56,702 nt of DNA from Enterobacteria phage 9g. The stretch lies in the sequence record NC_024146.1; one strand, given 5' to 3'. Under the pieces are notes generated by a model. It saw nothing but the letters and a program-made list of their open reading frames with translations. It had not been told where the DNA came from and did not search any database. Made by a program: the position numbers and the translations under genes. Below, in pieces: positions 26,393 through 33,431 of this stretch (its first letter is position 1; each line of letters begins with the position of its first letter).

Positions 26393-26638
26393 TTAAGCAA
26401 CGATGAACGCGTAACCGCTTTGATCCGGGAGCTCACCACCAGCAACAATCTCAAATTCAACACCAGCCTTATTGTTGAAGTTCTTGATAAGCTCCTCCGC
26501 CGCGGCGCGGTGGTTTCCGTAAGCACTCAAATCGTAACGCCACGTGATAGTCAAGGAGCCGTTCCAACCCGTTGCTTTTACGCGATCGCCACGGGACATA
26601 GTTGGAGCGAGGAATTTAGTGATAATAGCTTGAGCCAT
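26393..26638 (-). CDS. Hypothetical small protein (paralogue of 25904..26149)
   Basis: 81 aa, ATG at 26638 with GGAGT upstream. Confidence 0.5.
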   Translation of the reverse strand: MAQAIITKFLAPTMSRGDRVKATGWNGSLTITWRYDLSAYGNHRAAAEELIKNFNNKAGVEFEIVAGGELPDQSGYAFIVA

Positions 26639-26643
26639 GATAA

Positions 26644-26829
26644 TTACTCCGGTAATATTACAGTCACGTTAATATTTGCAATGCGAGCGCACTCGCGGAA
26701 ACCTGTTACATAAGCATCCATTTCGTCATAGGATGCGAAAGTCACGTCCGGGACTGGTCCGTTGTTAATATTCACGCAATATTCGTGTTCGTCCAGGTCA
26801 ACCCAACAATATAGAACGATAGTTTCCAT
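26644..26829 (-). CDS. Hypothetical small protein
   Basis: Start moved to the ATG at 26829 (GGAGGG 8 nt upstream); 61 aa. Confidence 0.45.
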   Translation of the reverse strand: METIVLYCWVDLDEHEYCVNINNGPVPDVTFASYDEMDAYVTGFRECARIANINVTVILPE

Positions 26830-26830
26830 A

Positions 26831-26905
26831 TTATTTGCCCTCCGTATAATACAGACCCGCAACTATTGGAGCTCCAAACACCAAGAAAGCTAATAAGTAG
26901 AACAT
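26831..26905 (-). CDS. Candidate 24-aa hydrophobic peptide
   Basis: Not in the ORF track. MFYLLAFLVFGAPIVAGLYYTEGK; AAGGGGG upstream; its stop sits 1 nt before the next ATG. Confidence 0.25.
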   Translation of the reverse strand: MFYLLAFLVFGAPIVAGLYYTEGK

Positions 26906-26907
26906 AA

Positions 26908-27387
26908 TTAATTGCCCCCTTTATTATTGAGCCCGTTGAATTTACGCCATGCGTAGAATTCAATCGTTGCATTATTAATATTCCAACCATTAACTTTCGC
27001 AAGGTCACGGACGTTACCAATAGTTGGCACATTATTAGGTAACATATTATCCAGGGCATTCCAAACGTCTGCGCATTTACCCTTAACTGGGCGGCGGACC
27101 CCGTTGCGCGTTTCGCTGCGCGTTTTACTTTTAACGGGAGCGACAGGAGCTTGCTGTGTGGTCACTTCCACGACAATTGCTTTATCAGCTTCCACCAGAT
27201 CGTTAGCTGCCTTATTAACTGCGCTTTCGCTGAACCAGTAGCGGCCACCATTTTCCATGGGTTCCTGGTGGATAAAACTATTTGCTGTCGCTGTGTCTAC
27301 GTCCAGAAACTTTTTCAAGGCACGGCGAGCGTTAGACATATTGGTGAAAAAGCGAGCATCTTTTGCTACGCGAGTGATAGTAACCAT
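26908..27387 (-). CDS. Hypothetical protein
   Basis: Start moved to the ATG at 27387 (GGAGA 8 nt upstream); 159 aa. Confidence 0.5.
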   Translation of the reverse strand: MVTITRVAKDARFFTNMSNARRALKKFLDVDTATANSFIHQEPMENGGRYWFSESAVNKAANDLVEADKAIVVEVTTQQAPVAPVKSKTRSETRNGVRRPVKGKCADVWNALDNMLPNNVPTIGNVRDLAKVNGWNINNATIEFYAWRKFNGLNNKGGN

Positions 27388-27463
27388 TGTGATTATCTCC
27401 ATGCTGTTCTAGCGGATTGCTAGTGGGAGCCCACTGTTACAATGGGCAACCATTAGCACGCTA

Positions 27464-27769
27464 TCATTGTTGAATAGCTTTCGCTATCATTGTAATAAAG
27501 CAGAACACAGACCACAGACTATTCGCTTGGCATACTGCGCGACCATACATTACGCTATGAGAGCTGACAGTGCCGTCCTCGTTAATGCGAATATACAACG
27601 CGGTGCTGGAATATTTTTCGTTTCCCGGGAGCATTACTAAATACTCGTCAAAATCCCAGTCCCCGGCAACTTTTTCCGCTGTAAGGCCCAACTGGTGCAG
27701 GCGCTTGCCAATAATACGTTTGGTGATCATGGACTGGGACATGGGACGCGGTAAGTAAATACTGGACAT
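27464..27769 (-). CDS. Hypothetical protein (first gene of the minus-strand early cluster)
   Basis: Start moved to the internal ATG at 27769 (AAGGGAGA 8 nt upstream); the ATG at 27886 has no SD. Confidence 0.5.
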   Translation of the reverse strand: MSSIYLPRPMSQSMITKRIIGKRLHQLGLTAEKVAGDWDFDEYLVMLPGNEKYSSTALYIRINEDGTVSSHSVMYGRAVCQANSLWSVFCFITMIAKAIQQ

Positions 27770-27954
27770 AATGCAATCTCCCTTCGGGTGAAGCGGGCGC
27801 GGAACCCGTGTCCCGCTTAAAAACCCCCTTAACCCCACGCAGTTATAGTAGGACAACGGGGTATTAGATGCAACTATTATCTGCATTATTTTAGAACTTT
27901 TTTAGTTGTGTTTCATAATAATAACATCCGGGACTATGCGGTAGATGGTGTGCC

Positions 27955-28033
27955 GGAAATACCAGGTAACGCGAGCGTGTCGAAAATACCAGGTAACAGC
28001 ATATGCCGAACATACCAGGTAGCACATACATAG
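27955..28033. repeat. Three tandem direct repeats (period 26-27 bp) with core GAAAATACCAGGTAAC
   Basis: ggaaATACCAGGTAac (27955-), gaaaATACCAGGTAac (27982-), gaacATACCAGGTAgc (28008-); cores at 27959-27968, 27986-27995, 28012-28021. Confidence 0.7.
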
Positions 28034-28070
28034 ACAGCACATAGTGGGCAGGTGGATAGTAACAGATGTA

Positions 28071-28088
28071 ACTATACTGGACAGTATA
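28071..28088. promoter_or_regulatory. Perfect palindrome CTATACTG-GA-CAGTATAG (operator-like) in the divergent control region
   Basis: 8-bp inverted arms with a 2-bp spacer, between the minus-strand and plus-strand early gene clusters. Direct repeats ACGTTATAGTA occur nearby at ~28154 and ~28216. Confidence 0.4.
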
Positions 28089-28374
28089 GTATAGTCATGT
28101 AATAGATAGCACACTAATCAAATAAAAAATAGTAACGCGTGTAATAATAAACAACGTTATAGTAGAGCGCATGACAGTCACATGACGTAACAATCACCTC
28201 ACCGACGATCACGGGACGTTATAGTAACGCCGCGGGGCGGCTCTTAGATCTCTGCCAAGGATTCATCGTTTGTAGATTATCTCGTCACTAGACACTTTAT
28301 ATCCTCACCTCACCTGCCCTATATTGTTCGTATAAAGTTAATTCCGTATATAAATACTCGAGAGGAGATCTATT

Positions 28375-28662
28375 ATGTTCGTTCTGGCTTTCAGTAGTGC
28401 AATATGGCTAGGTATCAACTGGATCCTTGCAATTATATTAGGTCTTGTGATTTGGTATGTGCCGTTTATGCGTTACGCTGTTATTATTTCGCTTGCATAT
28501 TTAGTTGTTAAACATTTCCTCGTATGGTGTGTATGTAACCCACAAGCTGCAGACATCAAACGTAACAAAGCGAACTTCTTTAGTGTGCTTATTTTAGGTT
28601 CACTGATTGTGTACGCATGGTTGCTCGGTGTGCGGAACTTAGGTTGGTTCACCTTGCCTTAA
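28375..28662 (+). CDS. Small membrane protein (2-3 predicted TM helices)
   Basis: 95 aa, very hydrophobic; ATG at 28375 with GAGGAG upstream; first gene of the plus-strand cluster. Confidence 0.6.
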   Translation: MFVLAFSSAIWLGINWILAIILGLVIWYVPFMRYAVIISLAYLVVKHFLVWCVCNPQAADIKRNKANFFSVLILGSLIVYAWLLGVRNLGWFTLP

Positions 28663-28751
28663 TGTGGTCACTAATTGTTGCGGCCGGCTATGTTAATCAG
28701 CTTGCGTATCCTGTTATAGTTATTCCGTTAACGTTAAAGGGGTTTATATGA
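28662..28751 (+). CDS. Candidate 29-aa hydrophobic peptide
   Basis: Not in the ORF track. MWSLIVAAGYVNQLAYPVIVIPLTLKGFI; its ATG overlaps the upstream stop (TAATG) and its stop overlaps the next ATG. Speculative. Confidence 0.2.
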   Translation: MWSLIVAAGYVNQLAYPVIVIPLTLKGFI

Positions 28752-29113
28752 ACGAGAATATAGTTAAAGCCTGGTCTATCTTACGACCACAGCTGAAAGA
28801 CGATCGCGTCGCTTTTGTTTTATGTCCTGCTAACGAATATCGCCGGAAGCTCGAAGAAGTGTTGCGCGAAGATCCTGAGTTCGTTCGCTGTGTGCAACTG
28901 TCGCGCGAGTCATCTGTGGTACAGTTTGATCGTTTCCACCTTCGTTTGGTTTCTCACCACAGAGCTTCGTATGAAGACACTGTTACTCGTACGAGTGGCT
29001 TCCATTGTGATATTGCAATTCTTGACTGCAAACTGGAAATTGGGCAGAAACAAGAGTTATATAATCTCGCTCGTGAACGTCATGGTGAATTATTAATTGT
29101 GGAAGTGCAATAA
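28748..29113 (+). CDS. Hypothetical protein
   Basis: 121 aa, ATG at 28748 with AAGGGG upstream. Confidence 0.55.
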   Translation: MNENIVKAWSILRPQLKDDRVAFVLCPANEYRRKLEEVLREDPEFVRCVQLSRESSVVQFDRFHLRLVSHHRASYEDTVTRTSGFHCDIAILDCKLEIGQKQELYNLARERHGELLIVEVQ

Positions 29114-29451
29114 TGGCCAAAGATATCGTTATTCCGAAAATGTATTGCCAGCTTCGTGATACTTTATTACAAAGCGGTTGGATTATTAGTCACACCGATG
29201 TAAATGACACTTATATTGTTCTTATACCACCTGACGGAACAATATCCTGCATTTTGCACTACATGCCCGAAGCAAAGACGGTTTATCCGAACGGGTCGTT
29301 CCTGCTTCGTCTGCGCTCCGATACATGGAAGATCCAGACAGATACCTGTGCAATTGACGAGAATACCAGTAAAGAATTTATTCGCAAGCTAACTCAGCTG
29401 AATAAAATCTACCAGCATGTTAAATTTGATTTGTTTAAGGAAGTGTTCTAA
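29113..29451 (+). CDS. Hypothetical protein
   Basis: 112 aa, start overlaps the upstream stop (TAATG). Confidence 0.55.
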   Translation: MAKDIVIPKMYCQLRDTLLQSGWIISHTDVNDTYIVLIPPDGTISCILHYMPEAKTVYPNGSFLLRLRSDTWKIQTDTCAIDENTSKEFIRKLTQLNKIYQHVKFDLFKEVF

Positions 29452-29891
29452 TGATTACTATCAACGATCCAATCAAGCATAAAACTCAGCAAAGTATAAT
29501 GGCTTGCATTCCCACCTGCCTTGCCATGCTTCTTGACAAAGACCCTAAGCAGGTATATGACGAGTTCACGAAGGATTATATTCGTGGTTTTACTGACGTG
29601 TCGAACTATCTGTATAAGCACGGTGTCTTTGCGCAGCCGCATATCACTGCCGGTATGCACCAGATCCGACCTGGGCGCTTGTATCTTGCGACTGTACCCT
29701 CTTTGCAGTTACCTGGACTTTTCCATCAGATCATTATTGACGCTCGCTTCGGTGATGTTAAGGTATACGACCCATGTAAAGGTCTGCAAGGGAAACAATA
29801 CTATTCCTATGACCACGTTGCAGAGGGTAATGATCTGGCGTATCCTCTGCGGTCTTTCCTGATTGATTACGAAATTATATTACCGGAGTGA
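29451..29891 (+). CDS. Putative papain-like cysteine peptidase (C39-like)
   Basis: 146 aa. N-terminal QQSIMACIPTCLAMLL resembles the C39 Gln/Cys motif (Q...C..CLAM); downstream YDHVAEGND could supply the His/Asp. Call is from motif pattern only. Confidence 0.4.
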   Translation: MITINDPIKHKTQQSIMACIPTCLAMLLDKDPKQVYDEFTKDYIRGFTDVSNYLYKHGVFAQPHITAGMHQIRPGRLYLATVPSLQLPGLFHQIIIDARFGDVKVYDPCKGLQGKQYYSYDHVAEGNDLAYPLRSFLIDYEIILPE

Positions 29892-29894
29892 TTC

Positions 29895-30248
29895 ATGAGC
29901 TTGCAACGTTTTGACAATGCAGAACTCGCGTGTGAATTTGCAAAGCGCAAGTTCGCAAAAACAGGTACGCCGCGATGCGTACACGCGGCTATTGGGCAAA
30001 ATGGGGCAAAGTATTGGTACGTCGGTACAGTAGCTCAGATCAAGCGAAGATTCGCGACTACGCCCGAAATGCGCCGGCTTGGGTCCCCTACACTTATGCG
30101 AAACAGGCAGTTGGATAAAGAGGAAATTTATCAATTTCTTAGGAATTACACTGGTAAGGAGAATAGATTTCAGGTTGCAGCGAAAGAGTTTAATATCGGT
30201 CTTTCCACTGCTTATAAAATTTATCACATGTATGGGCGTTTAATATGA
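29895..30248 (+). CDS. Putative DNA-binding protein (C-terminal HTH-like)
   Basis: 117 aa, GGAG upstream; C-terminal FQVAAKEFNIGLSTAYKIY is HTH-like. Confidence 0.5.
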   Translation: MSLQRFDNAELACEFAKRKFAKTGTPRCVHAAIGQNGAKYWYVGTVAQIKRRFATTPEMRRLGSPTLMRNRQLDKEEIYQFLRNYTGKENRFQVAAKEFNIGLSTAYKIYHMYGRLI

Positions 30249-30460
30249 CTGCAATTGCTTATCGTAATGGTATACTGGCTGTAGATCGTCAGGTTACATG
30301 GGGTAATATTGCAACAACTACAGATAAAGTTCATACTGTCAATATTCCAGGAATTGGGCTTTGTCTTGTCGCAATGTCTGGTAAACTACGTCCTGTAACT
30401 GATATTGTGGATCATCTAAAACTACGGTTCATGGACGTAAAGAACCTTTCTCGGACTTAA
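30245..30460 (+). CDS. Hypothetical protein
   Basis: 71 aa, ATG overlaps the upstream stop (ATGA). Confidence 0.45.
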   Translation: MTAIAYRNGILAVDRQVTWGNIATTTDKVHTVNIPGIGLCLVAMSGKLRPVTDIVDHLKLRFMDVKNLSRT

Positions 30461-30486
30461 ATCCGGATTCCCGTTATGGTATTGCA

Positions 30487-30738
30487 GTGACGCAGGATCT
30501 TGTCGTATATCCTATCTACGGGGATGGTAAATTAGGTCTACCGGACACTAACGAATTTATTGCGGAAGGTAGCGCGTTTGAGTTCTTGATGGGTGCAATG
30601 GCTGGAGGTTGCACCGCCGAAGAGGCTGTACGACTGGCGTGCGTATATTGCGACAGTTGTGGTCAAGGGGTTAAATTCTATGACGTAGCCTACACTCTTA
30701 AAGTGGCGCAGTGTAAAATCGAGGAGAAACCATTTTGA
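30487..30738 (+). CDS. Hypothetical Cys-rich protein
   Basis: 83 aa from a GTG start with no clear SD; contains CVYCDSCGQ. Confidence 0.35.
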   Translation: MTQDLVVYPIYGDGKLGLPDTNEFIAEGSAFEFLMGAMAGGCTAEEAVRLACVYCDSCGQGVKFYDVAYTLKVAQCKIEEKPF

Positions 30739-30926
30739 AGAAACCTAAGACTGGTCTGTTCCTTTGTGTTGGTGGACCTTTTGACGGTAAGCGTATACGC
30801 TTAACAACATCAGATTTGTATCCAAGTTCTTCCGTTTTCTCTGTTGCATCCTATAAAAACGGTGAGAAGGGGAAATATATCTTCAATGATCAAATTCGAA
30901 ACAGTGTAATCTGGAGAACATCGTGA
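30735..30926 (+). CDS. Hypothetical protein
   Basis: 63 aa from a TTG start 8 nt after GAGGAG; overlaps the upstream stop. Confidence 0.35.
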   Translation: MKKPKTGLFLCVGGPFDGKRIRLTTSDLYPSSSVFSVASYKNGEKGKYIFNDQIRNSVIWRTS

Positions 30927-31150
30927 GCGATCCTACAAATACACAATTAGCCGCTGCAAGAGTGTATATGCGCGGAGCTGCCGCTGAGATTGATGCTTTG
31001 CCACAATTTGAAAAGCATGTACAGCAACTTGAACATAAATTTAAGGCTCTTAAAGATCTAGGGGATACGAAAGGTGCTATAGCCTTTCTTCTTGCTATCC
31101 AATACTTGTCTATGGAGGTTGGTGACAAAGTATGTTCCTTAGAAGAATAA
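30923..31150 (+). CDS. Hypothetical protein
   Basis: 75 aa from a GTG start with GGAGA upstream. Confidence 0.4.
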   Translation: MSDPTNTQLAAARVYMRGAAAEIDALPQFEKHVQQLEHKFKALKDLGDTKGAIAFLLAIQYLSMEVGDKVCSLEE

Positions 31151-31632
31151 TTGGTATTATTGCACCTTGGATACTACTTGTCATAATTGTTATTCTAGCC
31201 TACTGGGCTTATGACAATGCCATACAATCAGCTAGAAAGGAGGGTTTCGATGCCGGTGTGTCGTACCAAAAAGAAACTCAGAAAGCGGTTGATTTCGAGG
31301 AGGAGAAACGAAGAGCACATGAGAAAGACACTATCGAACGTCAGTACAGATCTCGTATTGAATCTTTGCTTGCCGATCTTAATAATTATCGCGCTACTAA
31401 TGACAGGTTGCACAACGAAATCGCAACCGTCCGTAAGTACCTCGGTGACGCTACCGGCCCTCAGCCCGACAGCAAGACAACCGCCCAGATCGCCCGTGTG
31501 CTCACCGAACTGTATTCAGAAAGCGTCACAGAATACGGACAAGTGGCAGAAGAGGCTGAAAAGTATCGTCTTGCCGGCGAGCAGTGCGAACTACAGTACG
31601 ATGCAATGCGAAATCCGCATAAAGAACGATGA
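31132..31632 (+). CDS. i-spanin (Rz-like)
   Basis: 166 aa. N-terminal TM helix IIGIIAPWILLVIIVILAYWAY followed by a charged coiled-coil periplasmic domain; lies upstream of endolysin and holin candidates. Confidence 0.65.
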   Translation: MFLRRIIGIIAPWILLVIIVILAYWAYDNAIQSARKEGFDAGVSYQKETQKAVDFEEEKRRAHEKDTIERQYRSRIESLLADLNNYRATNDRLHNEIATVRKYLGDATGPQPDSKTTAQIARVLTELYSESVTEYGQVAEEAEKYRLAGEQCELQYDAMRNPHKER

Positions 31633-31663
31633 TAAACTGCAAAGTCCTTGCCGGATTGCGTAA
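31319..31663 (+). CDS. o-spanin (Rz1-like lipoprotein), overlapping the i-spanin in the +1 frame
   Basis: Internal ATG at 31319 gives MRKTLSNVSTDLVLNLCLPILIIIALLMTGC... with a signal peptide, lipobox-like LMTGC, and a Pro-rich mature region with Cys; extends 31 nt past the i-spanin stop. Confidence 0.55.
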   Translation: MRKTLSNVSTDLVLNLCLPILIIIALLMTGCTTKSQPSVSTSVTLPALSPTARQPPRSPVCSPNCIQKASQNTDKWQKRLKSIVLPASSANYSTMQCEIRIKNDDKLQSPCRIA

Positions 31664-31754
31664 CTAAACGTTCAATCTTAATCGCACATAATTGATTGTG
31701 TGAGTGTGATAATTCCACTATGCTCTATTCGGTTTAACTGAATGGAGCTTTTTT

Positions 31755-32189
31755 ATGACTGTGCAACCACGAGGCATCCGGAATAATAATCCTGGAAATA
31801 TTCGTTGGGGTGATAACTGGAAAGGTCTTGTTCCAGAAGACAAACGAACTGACCGTTCTTTCTGTCAATTTATCGATGTAAAATACGGCATACGCGCGAT
31901 CGCGCGTATTCTACTAAACTACCGGAACCGCGAAGGGATGAAGCGCGTCGGAAATAAAGGGATTGACACTGTACGGGAGATTATTTCGCGCTGGGCTCCA
32001 CCGATTGAAAATAACACTGAAGCCTATATTCAATCCGTGTCTAAGGCTTGTGGTGTTGGTGCAGAACAGCCGATTTCAGTCACCGATGATAAAATCATGC
32101 TTGCGATCGTGAAAGCGATCATTAAACATGAGAACGGTGTGCAACCTTATTCTGATGAAGTTTTGCTCGCGGGTATCCATATGGCATAG
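31755..32189 (+). CDS. Putative endolysin (assigned by position in the lysis cassette)
   Basis: 144 aa, ATG at 31755 with GGAG upstream; lies between the spanins and the holin. Catalytic family not recognised by eye (contains GIRNNNPGNIR). Confidence 0.4.
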   Translation: MTVQPRGIRNNNPGNIRWGDNWKGLVPEDKRTDRSFCQFIDVKYGIRAIARILLNYRNREGMKRVGNKGIDTVREIISRWAPPIENNTEAYIQSVSKACGVGAEQPISVTDDKIMLAIVKAIIKHENGVQPYSDEVLLAGIHMA

Positions 32190-32202
32190 TAAGAGGTTAT
32201 AA

Positions 32203-32511
32203 GTGTCGCCGAATTGGGATTGGAATATAGTTTTTATTCTCACTGCCATTGCGATGGTAGGGGGTTCCCTTGGCTACGCTGCAAGAACCCATGATGCTAA
32301 AGAAAGGTTCAGACTTAGTGTCTTCATTCAAGAGGGTACTTTTTCTGCATTCTTTGGTTTCTTGATAGGTGTAATTAACGTGGAACATGGGGTCCCACTG
32401 GGGCTCAGTGGGGCGTTCATAGGTGTGTTATCTTGGTCAGGTTCAAGAACCATGCTGAAGTTTCTACGGAAAAAGACGGAAGTATGTGACCGAGAAAAGG
32501 AAAGAGGTTGA
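32203..32511 (+). CDS. Holin-like membrane protein
   Basis: 102 aa from GTG after AAGAGG. Three hydrophobic segments (IVFILTAIAMVGGSLGYAA; FSAFFGFLIGVI; LGLSGAFIGVLSW) and a charged C-terminal tail. Confidence 0.55.
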   Translation: MSPNWDWNIVFILTAIAMVGGSLGYAARTHDAKERFRLSVFIQEGTFSAFFGFLIGVINVEHGVPLGLSGAFIGVLSWSGSRTMLKFLRKKTEVCDREKERG

Positions 32512-32513
32512 TT

Positions 32514-32750
32514 ATGCGTCACTTTATCAACGATCTTCTTATATTGTGTAAGAAACCGCGATTGCTTTTCATCTATACGATGATTGGACTTGCACAAATT
32601 GGAGTCAGTGCTATCGCCATTGATCAGATGCACAAGAAACACAGGGCAAACCTGCGACCTTCAAAACCACCTGCTTATGTGGTCAACAAGGTTGAACAAA
32701 TCAAACAAGATATCCGGGAGATAACGTACATTCCTAAAGTTGAAATGTAG
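32514..32750 (+). CDS. Small membrane protein (possible holin partner/antiholin)
   Basis: ATG at 32514 (AAAGAGG upstream); one TM segment FIYTMIGLAQIGVSAIAI. Confidence 0.4.
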   Translation: MRHFINDLLILCKKPRLLFIYTMIGLAQIGVSAIAIDQMHKKHRANLRPSKPPAYVVNKVEQIKQDIREITYIPKVEM

Positions 32751-32765
32751 ATTGCTTTATAAGTA

Positions 32766-32804
32766 AAGCCCGCTCCTTGAATTTATATCGAGCGGGCTTT
32801 TTAT
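32766..32804 (+). terminator. Rho-independent terminator after the lysis cassette
   Basis: aagcccgctc(32766-32775) / gagcgggctt(32790-32799), then TTTTT. Confidence 0.6.
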
Positions 32805-32833
32805 TGACATTTGCTATAACCCTTGCAATTAAT
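32804..32833 (+). promoter_or_regulatory. Candidate sigma70 promoter for the packaging/late operon
   Basis: TTGACA 32804-32809, 18-bp spacer, ATTAAT 32828-32833. Weak -10; speculative. Confidence 0.25.
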
Positions 32834-32879
32834 TAGTCCACCGCTTATATTCGTGTCAAGAATCGACAGGAGTAACGTT

Positions 32880-33431
32880 ATGGTAAAGCCTATTCTACCT
32901 TGGACACGTAGCATTGAATACGAAGCCGATCTCACTGAAGAAGAGATGGCTATACGTGACTCTGTCGTTGAAGAATATCTGTTCGATTATGATTGGGTTA
33001 ATGCGTGTAAACGTGTAGGCATGAGCTCCGCAATGGCGTTTGATTATGCTAAACGTTTTCAGGATGATAGCTATTGCCAAAGACGAATTAAAGAACTTCA
33101 ACAGCAGAAAGCAAGAAGTGCTGAACGTGACCGCAAATATGAAATAGAACAAGAGCGCCAGCGCATCATTGAAGGTCTTAGATTTGAATCCACTTATCGT
33201 GGTCCTGGATCTTCTCAAGCTGCTCGTGTTGCTGCATATAAACAATTATGTAGCATCTTTGGATTTGAAGCTCCTAAGCAACAGAAGATGGATGTTGGCG
33301 TATCTACTGGTGTTATGCTGGTTCCTATGGTTGGTTCTATGGCTGATTGGGAAAGAGTTGCTGGGGAGTCTCAGACTAAGCTGCAAGAGGATACTTTAAA
33401 TGGACTCAATGATTCAGACACCGTCCACTAA
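32880..33431 (+). CDS. Terminase small subunit
   Basis: ATG at 32880 (GGAG 7 nt upstream) preferred over the TTG at 32823; 183 aa, charged and helical; immediately upstream of and overlapping TerL. Confidence 0.6.
   Translation: MVKPILPWTRSIEYEADLTEEEMAIRDSVVEEYLFDYDWVNACKRVGMSSAMAFDYAKRFQDDSYCQRRIKELQQQKARSAERDRKYEIEQERQRIIEGLRFESTYRGPGSSQAARVAAYKQLCSIFGFEAPKQQKMDVGVSTGVMLVPMVGSMADWERVAGESQTKLQEDTLNGLNDSDTVH

Noticed and set aside
26772-27059. 95-aa minus-strand ORF
   Set aside because: Overlaps two better-supported genes (26644..26829 and 26908..27387) in another frame; replaced by a 24-aa candidate peptide at 26831..26905.
31211-31318. N-terminal 36-codon extension of the o-spanin frame (MTMPYNQLERRVSMPVCRTKKKLRKRLISRRRNEEH)
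   Set aside because: Highly basic shadow of the i-spanin coding frame; the lipoprotein signal peptide begins at the internal Met (31319).
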